NCBI GenBank assembly: GCA_001784175.1
Contig: MFPR01000028.1
Span: 263,614 to 327,613, forward strand
Direction: 5' to 3'
DNA: 64,000 bases
DNA from: Candidatus Lindowbacteria bacterium RIFCSPLOWO2_12_FULL_62_27
GTDB lineage: Bacteria; Lindowbacteria; 2-12-FULL-62-27
Translations under genes and position numbers: made by a program
Shown: one piece after another, positions 58,221 to 64,000 of the stretch
Position numbering within the stretch: position 1 is the stretch's first letter
Layout: each line of letters starts with the position of its first letter
Notes under the pieces: model-generated
The model's database searches: none
What the model was told of the DNA's origin: nothing
Seen by the model: the letters and a program-made list of their open reading frames with translations, nothing else

Positions 58221-59966
58221 CTACCCGCCCATTACCCCAAGAATGGGCACAGAGCCTCTACCCATGAAATTCGCCCCGCGCGGATAGACGGCCATCGCCT
58301 CCTGCCGTCGTCCTTCCCGATGGAGGCTGTGCGCCAGAAGGTAATTCAACATGGAGTTGCGCGGGGAGTCGGGATATCTGTTTTGGTAATCTCTTGCCTG
58401 CGGAATGAAGGTGTCATCGTCATTCAGATAATAGAGGTTGAGGAGGCTGAAGTAATCTCTTTCTTCTGGAAAGAGAACACCGGCATGTTTTGATTGTTTC
58501 AGCGAATCGAACAACCTCTGAGCCTCGTCATAGCGGCCCACGATCTGCTTCAGGCGGACGTCTCGAAGGATCTCAAGAAACGGAGCATGGCGTTTTTTGA
58601 GAAGGCGCTGCATATCGGCGTAGTAGTAGCCTCTTAACCAAAACGGAAGCTCCCAGCCTTTGATGTAGATGTTGAACGTCGGGATCGCGACGGTGGTCGC
58701 CATTGATATCTTATGCAGGATGCTCTGGGTTGTCTGCTCAATGTCGGCCTCCGGGGCGCCCGGCTTGGCCAGGTCGGCGACGGTCTGCCGGACGGAATTC
58801 CCGATGTCAAAAAACATGAGTTGGTCCGGGATGTACATCCGGCAGATCATTTCAGCCAATTTCATCACCGGCAGGAGAGACCGGATGCCGACCGAATTCA
58901 TCATCAGGAAGGCGTTTCTAAACTTCTCGTCGGTCAGAGACAGGTCGGCCACGCTTTTCGGGTAGATGATGTTGCTGAAGGGATCGACCGCCAGCCACCG
59001 GTGGTTGACGCGGATCTGCGAGATGGTGTGGAATGAGACGAACTTCGTTCTGCCCAACGGGTCCGGTCTGTTTAAATACACAACCTGCCCGTCGAGGCCG
59101 GCATGACGGGCCAAGACCGCCAAAACAAAGGCGCTGCGATCGCAGTCGCCCATGCCTCTTAACATGAGTTCGAGCGGGTTGTCGTTCCAGTCTTTGAGGA
59201 ATTCGTTGTCAGGCGCCGCCCGCTCAAAATGGTTGGACACGTTGACAAAAACCCAGTCCATGAGCGCCTCGAGTTTCTCAACGTCCGTCCGGTGGCCGCC
59301 GCCCGCCTGCGCGCGCGCGACGTCCTGGTAGATCAGACTGCGCGTGACATGCCGAACGGCGCCGGGCGAGAGCCGATCCGCAAGGATGTCGGTTTCAGAA
59401 AATTGGAATGCCTTTTCCCTTGCCTTTTCAAAGTCGAATATCTCCTTGGAATCGGGATAGAGCGACTGCGCGGCCACGGTCATATTTTTGATGGCGGAGT
59501 CCTGATTGGGCGTATATCGGGAATAGGTCGCGAACTTCACATTGCCGGCCAGCATCCGCGCCGCCCGTTCATTTCCACCATCCGCGATGGAAAGCGTCAT
59601 GGACCCGGACGGTTCCAGCCGGGACACGATATCTATGATGTCGCCGTCTGTACGCAGTTTGACGTGATCGACAACGATGGAAACGTGGCGGGCAATCCAT
59701 TGGGCCCGGTCCTGGTGGGAGAACGCATGGAATTTTTCAGGAGGCAGAACAAACCGGATTCGATTGCCCTCGAATTCGACGTCCCCGACCCTTTGGACGG
59801 GCTCGCGGGGGCCGGTCCACTCCGCTTTTGTCTCCGTCACGGGAGGTTCCGGCCGTTTGGCGGGCCAGAGCCAGAAGAGGAACCAGACGAGAAGGCCGCC
59901 ACCCAGCAACGGCCAGAAGGACTTGAGGAGGCGATAAACGGATGCGGAAACGGTTCCGGCTCCCAT
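58221..59966 (-). CDS. transglutaminase-like domain protein with N-terminal TM anchor
   Basis: GMGDCDRSAFVLAVLARHAGL (Cys core of transglutaminase-like cysteine-protease fold). Confidence 0.65.
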   Translation of the reverse strand: MGAGTVSASVYRLLKSFWPLLGGGLLVWFLFWLWPAKRPEPPVTETKAEWTGPREPVQRVGDVEFEGNRIRFVLPPEKFHAFSHQDRAQWIARHVSIVVDHVKLRTDGDIIDIVSRLEPSGSMTLSIADGGNERAARMLAGNVKFATYSRYTPNQDSAIKNMTVAAQSLYPDSKEIFDFEKAREKAFQFSETDILADRLSPGAVRHVTRSLIYQDVARAQAGGGHRTDVEKLEALMDWVFVNVSNHFERAAPDNEFLKDWNDNPLELMLRGMGDCDRSAFVLAVLARHAGLDGQVVYLNRPDPLGRTKFVSFHTISQIRVNHRWLAVDPFSNIIYPKSVADLSLTDEKFRNAFLMMNSVGIRSLLPVMKLAEMICRMYIPDQLMFFDIGNSVRQTVADLAKPGAPEADIEQTTQSILHKISMATTVAIPTFNIYIKGWELPFWLRGYYYADMQRLLKKRHAPFLEILRDVRLKQIVGRYDEAQRLFDSLKQSKHAGVLFPEERDYFSLLNLYYLNDDDTFIPQARDYQNRYPDSPRNSMLNYLLAHSLHREGRRQEAMAVYPRGANFMGRGSVPILGVMGG

Positions 59967-60052
59967 GCGTGCATGAAATCACAAGGGGGAGGCGCGGGTC
60001 AATCCGGATGTTGCTTGTGGGGTTGAATACTGTCAAGATTGTGTATAAGTCA

Positions 60053-60613
60053 ATGACCAGAAAGCACGGGGAATCAAACTTGAAAAATACCAGCGTCATT
60101 TGTCTCGTCCTCGCATTCGGCGTTTCCTGCGCCACGCCGGTGAAACTCGCCGGCAAGGCGGCTTGGTCAGCGGTCAAACTCGGTACCGGGCTTACATGGA
60201 AGATTGTGACAGGGATCGGGAAAATCGGCGCCAAGGAAGCGCTGCATGCGGTGGATCTGACGGCGGACGTGTCGATGACGATGCTGGCCCGGCAGGAGTC
60301 TCAGGCGCTGGTCAAGGCGTTCTGGGATTACATGCGGGGCGGGACGTTTGTGTCGGCGTACGGGCTTCTGTCGGATTCCCTTAAAAAGAATTTTCGGAAA
60401 CGGGACTTTCTTGACTATGCCGGGGACTGGGCCCCCGGCATCGCCGGGGTTGAGGTTCTCGACGCCGATGTCCGGCAGTTCCATGTGGAAATCCCCGCCC
60501 GGCTTCATGTCAATAAAGAAGGTGCGGCGGCGGATGTCCGGGTGGTGATCTACGTGTCAAAAATCCGCGACCGGTGGCGCATCACGGGCTGGGAAGGCAT
60601 GCCTGACCGGTAG
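60053..60613 (+). CDS. hypothetical secreted/lipoprotein
   Basis: in-frame ATG giving signal peptide MTRKHGESNLKNTSVICLVLAFGVSC; start uncertain (ATG 60008 also possible). Confidence 0.45.
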   Translation: MTRKHGESNLKNTSVICLVLAFGVSCATPVKLAGKAAWSAVKLGTGLTWKIVTGIGKIGAKEALHAVDLTADVSMTMLARQESQALVKAFWDYMRGGTFVSAYGLLSDSLKKNFRKRDFLDYAGDWAPGIAGVEVLDADVRQFHVEIPARLHVNKEGAAADVRVVIYVSKIRDRWRITGWEGMPDR

Positions 60614-60723
60614 TCCCATTAATTTTAGTCGACCACTTTAGGCATGGTCCCTTTCTCTCGATAAGTCATAGTACCGGGAGCAGTCTCTCCCGGTCGCACT
60701 ATCATCCATGAGGAGGGTGAATC

Positions 60724-60903
60724 ATGGCAGAAGTTTTGGTTGTTACCAGCAAGATAAAAAAACTGATCAAGGAACAGGGCATGCGGACCTCGGCGGACGT
60801 CATCGAGGCGCTAAGCCAGATGGTGGAGGCCAAGGCCAAGGAAGCCGTGGAGCGGGCCAAGGCTGCGGGCAAGAAAACGGTTCAGGCGTCCGATCTGGCC
60901 TGA
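60724..60903 (+). CDS. small histone-fold protein resembling bacterial histone HBb / DUF1931 (59 aa), absent from ORF track
   Basis: perfect RBS aggagggtgaatcATG; MAEVLVVTSKIKKLIKEQGMRTSADVIEALSQMVEAKAKEAVERAKAAGKKTVQASDLA; GKKTV-x3-DL resembles histone C-terminal motif. Confidence 0.65.
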   Translation: MAEVLVVTSKIKKLIKEQGMRTSADVIEALSQMVEAKAKEAVERAKAAGKKTVQASDLA

Positions 60904-60923
60904 CCGTCCTGCCTGACTGACCG

Positions 60924-61604
60924 GTGGTTTTTTACCAGAGCCGTGAAATCTATCTGACCGTCACGTCGTTTGATCTCCTGGGCACCCTCGCCTTCGCGAT
61001 CTCGGGGGCGCTCCTTGGAAAACAGAAGCAGTACAATTTCTGGGGCGTGCTGACCCTCGCCTTCTGCGCGGCGCTCGGCGGCGGGACGCTCCGGAACATG
61101 ATGGTCAACCTCACGCCCGATGTCCTGTCGCCCGACGGCTGGATGTACATCCTGTGCGTGGTGGCCGCCTCGCTGGTGATTCATCTCGGCGCCGACATTT
61201 TCCAGTTCCGGAGCGGCGCGGTTCAGGTGTCGGCGAACCGACTGCTGGCGCGGGCGGACGCGGTGGGACTGGCGGTGTTCGTGATGATGGGCGCGACGGT
61301 GGCGATGCGGGTGGGCCTGCCGTTTTTCGCGGTACTGGCCTTTTCGGCCCTGAGCGGCGCCGGCGGCGGAGTTATCCGGGACGTGATTGCCGGAGAAAAA
61401 CCGTATGCGTTCCGCGGCGTTCACTACATCACGTGGTGCATCCTCGGCGGCACGGTCGCGGCGCTCCTGAACTTCTGGCGCCCCGCGATCGAGGCCGCGA
61501 CGGGTGTCATGGCCTACAAGGGAATCTTCGCCCTCCTGCCGTCGAGCCTGGTAGTCGTATTGAGATTCCGGGAAATCAACAAGGAATTTCCCCTGCCGGC
61601 CTGA
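60924..61604 (+). CDS. UPF0126/TRIC-like cation channel family membrane protein
   Basis: two repeats with GGGTLRN / GGGVIRD motifs; GTG start. Confidence 0.65.
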   Translation: MVFYQSREIYLTVTSFDLLGTLAFAISGALLGKQKQYNFWGVLTLAFCAALGGGTLRNMMVNLTPDVLSPDGWMYILCVVAASLVIHLGADIFQFRSGAVQVSANRLLARADAVGLAVFVMMGATVAMRVGLPFFAVLAFSALSGAGGGVIRDVIAGEKPYAFRGVHYITWCILGGTVAALLNFWRPAIEAATGVMAYKGIFALLPSSLVVVLRFREINKEFPLPA

Positions 61605-61607
61605 CGG

Positions 61608-62615
61608 TCAATCCGTCCGTCTTCCTTCCGCGTCAAACGTGTGAATCCGGTCCGCCGGAAAGCGGACATGAAGCGTCCCGGACACCGGCCGGGTCAGCGC
61701 CACGAGCGCGCGGACCTCGACTCCGTCAATGGCCAGCGTCAGCAGCTTCTGCGCGCCCAGCGGTTCAATGAGCCGCAGCGCCATCGGTCGCGTATCGGCG
61801 CCCGGTTGATCCAGAACCTGAACATCCTCCGGCCGGATGCCTGCGGTCTTCACGTGCGGATCGAACCGGCCGATACACGCGGCCTCGAGGAGGTTCATCC
61901 GCGGGCTCCCGATAAATCCGGCGACAAACTCGGTGGCGGGAGATTGATAAAGTTCCAGCGGCGCGCCCATCTGCTCAAGCCCGCCCTGCCGCAGGATCGC
62001 CACGCGGTCCGAAAGCGTCATCGCCTCGATCTGGTCATGCGTGACATAGAGGACGGTTGCCTGGAGGTCGCGAAAGAGAAGCCTGAGTTCCGCGCGCGTT
62101 CGCTCGCGCAGGACCGCGTCCAAGTTGGACAGCGGCTCGTCCAGCAAAAACGCCTTCGGCTGACGCACCAGCGCGCGTGCGAGCGCCACCCGCTGGCGTT
62201 GTCCGCCGGACAAGTGCGCGGGCCGGCGGTCCAGGAGATCCATCAGGCCCAGCCGGGCGGCGGCCGATTCCACCCGCTCGCGGATGGCCGGCGCGGAGAT
62301 ATGCCGGAGTTTCAGCGCGACGGAGATGTTCTCCCGCACGTTCATGTGCGGATAGAGCGCGTAACTCTGAAACACCATGGCGACGTCGCGGTCTTTCGGA
62401 TCGCGGTCGTTGACCGATTCGCCGCCGATCAGGATCTCTCCCGTGTCGGCGGTTTCAAGTCCGGCGATCAAGCGGAGGAGCGTGGATTTCCCGCAGCCGC
62501 TCGGGCCCAGCACCGTGAGAATCTGGCCGTCGGGAACGTCAAGGCTGACGTCCCGGACGACCGGGGTTTTGCCGTCGTAGGATTTGGAAACGTTCCGGAG
62601 CGAGACAGACGCCAT
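61608..62615 (-). CDS. sugar ABC transporter ATP-binding protein (MalK/UgpC-like)
   Basis: Walker A GPSGCGKST, LSGGQRQR, LLDEPLSNLD, C-terminal TOBE-like domain. Confidence 0.9.
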   Translation of the reverse strand: MASVSLRNVSKSYDGKTPVVRDVSLDVPDGQILTVLGPSGCGKSTLLRLIAGLETADTGEILIGGESVNDRDPKDRDVAMVFQSYALYPHMNVRENISVALKLRHISAPAIRERVESAAARLGLMDLLDRRPAHLSGGQRQRVALARALVRQPKAFLLDEPLSNLDAVLRERTRAELRLLFRDLQATVLYVTHDQIEAMTLSDRVAILRQGGLEQMGAPLELYQSPATEFVAGFIGSPRMNLLEAACIGRFDPHVKTAGIRPEDVQVLDQPGADTRPMALRLIEPLGAQKLLTLAIDGVEVRALVALTRPVSGTLHVRFPADRIHTFDAEGRRTD

Positions 62616-62618
62616 CGA

Positions 62619-63443
62619 TCAGCCCTTCACCGCGCCGGCGGTGAGTCCCTGAATGATCCGGCGCTGAAACGCGAGTACGGCCGCGACCACCGGGAACGTC
62701 GTCAGCACCACGGCGGCCGATATCTGGCCCCACGGAACTTCATAGGCCGTCGCGCCGCTGAGCATCGCGATCCCGACCGGCACGGTCCGGGTCGAGTCCC
62801 GGGTCATCAGGATGAGCGACACAACGAATTCATTCCATGAAAAAATGAACAGGAGGATCGCGGTCGCCGCCAGCGCGGGCGCCGCCAGCGGCAGGACGAT
62901 GGCGCGCAATACGCCCAGCCGCGTGTAGCCGTCGATCCGGCCGGCCTCTTCGAGTTCCACCGGAAGCTGCCGGAAAAACGCGGTGAGCATCCACACGGCG
63001 AACGGCAGATTGAGCGCGGCGTGGATGGAAGCAAGGGCGAGATAGGAATTCGACAACCCCAGCGTCCGCGCCGCCGACGTGAGCGGCGCGAGCAAAACCG
63101 CCGCCGGAATCATGGAAAAGGCCAGCATCCCGAGTTCGAACGTGCGTTTGCCCCGCATCCGGAACCGCGCGATCGCATAGGCCGCCGGCGCGGCGAGGAG
63201 CAGCGCGAGCAGCGTAGATCCGGCCGCCACGATGAGGCTGCTCCGGATGTAGAGTCCGAACGGCCGCTGCTCGAACATGCCGGAGTAATTTTCGATGGAC
63301 CATGCCGCGGGCAGGTAGGTGAGCGGCCGGGAAAAAATTTCCGCATTGGTTTTCACCGACGTGAGCAGCGTCCAGAGGGACGGGGCGAGGCTGAACAGGA
63401 TGAGAGCGCCGAGGCCGATCCCGAACGCCGCTCGTTTGATCAT
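62619..63443 (-). CDS. carbohydrate ABC transporter permease (MalG/UgpE-like)
   Basis: in-frame ATG MIKRAAFGIGLGAL; EAA-like loop EEAGRIDGYTRL; 181-aa N-terminal part of ORF 62619..63986 rejected. Confidence 0.8.
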   Translation of the reverse strand: MIKRAAFGIGLGALILFSLAPSLWTLLTSVKTNAEIFSRPLTYLPAAWSIENYSGMFEQRPFGLYIRSSLIVAAGSTLLALLLAAPAAYAIARFRMRGKRTFELGMLAFSMIPAAVLLAPLTSAARTLGLSNSYLALASIHAALNLPFAVWMLTAFFRQLPVELEEAGRIDGYTRLGVLRAIVLPLAAPALAATAILLFIFSWNEFVVSLILMTRDSTRTVPVGIAMLSGATAYEVPWGQISAAVVLTTFPVVAAVLAFQRRIIQGLTAGAVKG

Positions 63444-64000
63444 GCGCGCCGGTCCTGCATGCCCATCGACAGGACGGCCGCGAGCGCGAAAACGGACAAC
63501 ATGAACGTCACCGTGATGACCGCACCGTAACCGGGGTCCTGGTAACGGAACAGGTTGTCGTAAATGTACAGCGAGACCGTGTACGTGCGTCCCGCCGGCC
63601 CGCCGCCGGTGAGGACCCACACGAGATCGAACACGCCGAGCGCCTGGATGAGCCGGAACGTCAGCGCGAGCGCGATGGCCGGGCGGAGCATCGGCAGCGT
63701 GATCAGCCGGAACCGGCTCCATGCGCCCGCCCCGTCGATCCGGAGGGCTTCGTACAAATCCTTCGGAATCGATTGAAGCCCTGCGAGGAGAATCAGCGTC
63801 ACAAACGGCGTGGTCTTCCACACATCCGCAAGGACGATCGACGCAAACGCCGTCTCCGGGCGGCCCAGCCATGCCACCGGCGCGTCGATCAGGCCCAGCC
63901 GCAAAAGGACGTCGTTGAACACGCCGTACGTGTCGTTCAGGATCCATCGCCAGGACATCGCCATGACGGCGGTCGGCAACGCCCACGGCAGAATCACGAT
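63440..64000 (-). CDS. carbohydrate ABC transporter permease (MalF/UgpA-like), 5'-partial (start beyond window)
   Basis: YEALRIDGAGAWSRF EAA-loop; ATGA overlap with downstream permease; runs to window edge. Confidence 0.75.
   Translation of the reverse strand: MVILPWALPTAVMAMSWRWILNDTYGVFNDVLLRLGLIDAPVAWLGRPETAFASIVLADVWKTTPFVTLILLAGLQSIPKDLYEALRIDGAGAWSRFRLITLPMLRPAIALALTFRLIQALGVFDLVWVLTGGGPAGRTYTVSLYIYDNLFRYQDPGYGAVITVTFMLSVFALAAVLSMGMQDRRA

Noticed and set aside
60708-60920. 70-aa ORF from the track
   Set aside because: Gly/Arg-rich with no RBS; the overlapping frame (60724..60903) has a perfect RBS and histone-like sequence.
60895-60935. Possible terminator after the histone-like gene
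   Set aside because: ctgaccg occurs as a direct, not inverted, repeat; no stable stem precedes the T-run.

Overview
High-GC (~63%) bacterial chromosomal window, densely coded on both strands, with many translationally coupled genes (ATGA/GTGA overlaps). The T9SS-type C-terminal sorting domain, futalosine menaquinone genes, TreT, membrane H+-PPase, CARDB and FecR-like proteins suggest an FCB-superphylum-like or candidate-phylum genome, but I cannot assign taxonomy. The window opens inside a giant (>3500 aa) modular beta-helix/Fn3 surface protein ending in a T9SS CTD. It continues through an envelope/secreted-protein operon flanked by an unusual family of palindromic CACGAAGG repeat arrays, a cNMP-binding/TLC-HEAT transporter/FNR operon, a CARDB-repeat protein, an mqnE-mqnA-mqnC futalosine cluster, ThrC-like plus MoeZ, a glycan-modification gene set, nucleoside/peptide transporters, H+-PPase, an AT-rich islet with two type II TA modules, a PII-like pair flanked by two uncharacterised membrane-protein families, MscS, a trehalose cluster (otsB, sensor-fused otsA, treT) interrupted by tRNA-His and MazEF, a small HBb-like histone-fold gene missed by the ORF track, and a sugar ABC transporter running off the 3' end. 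No CRISPR, rRNA or obvious transposase/integrase. Most long antisense ORFs in the track are high-GC frame artefacts.
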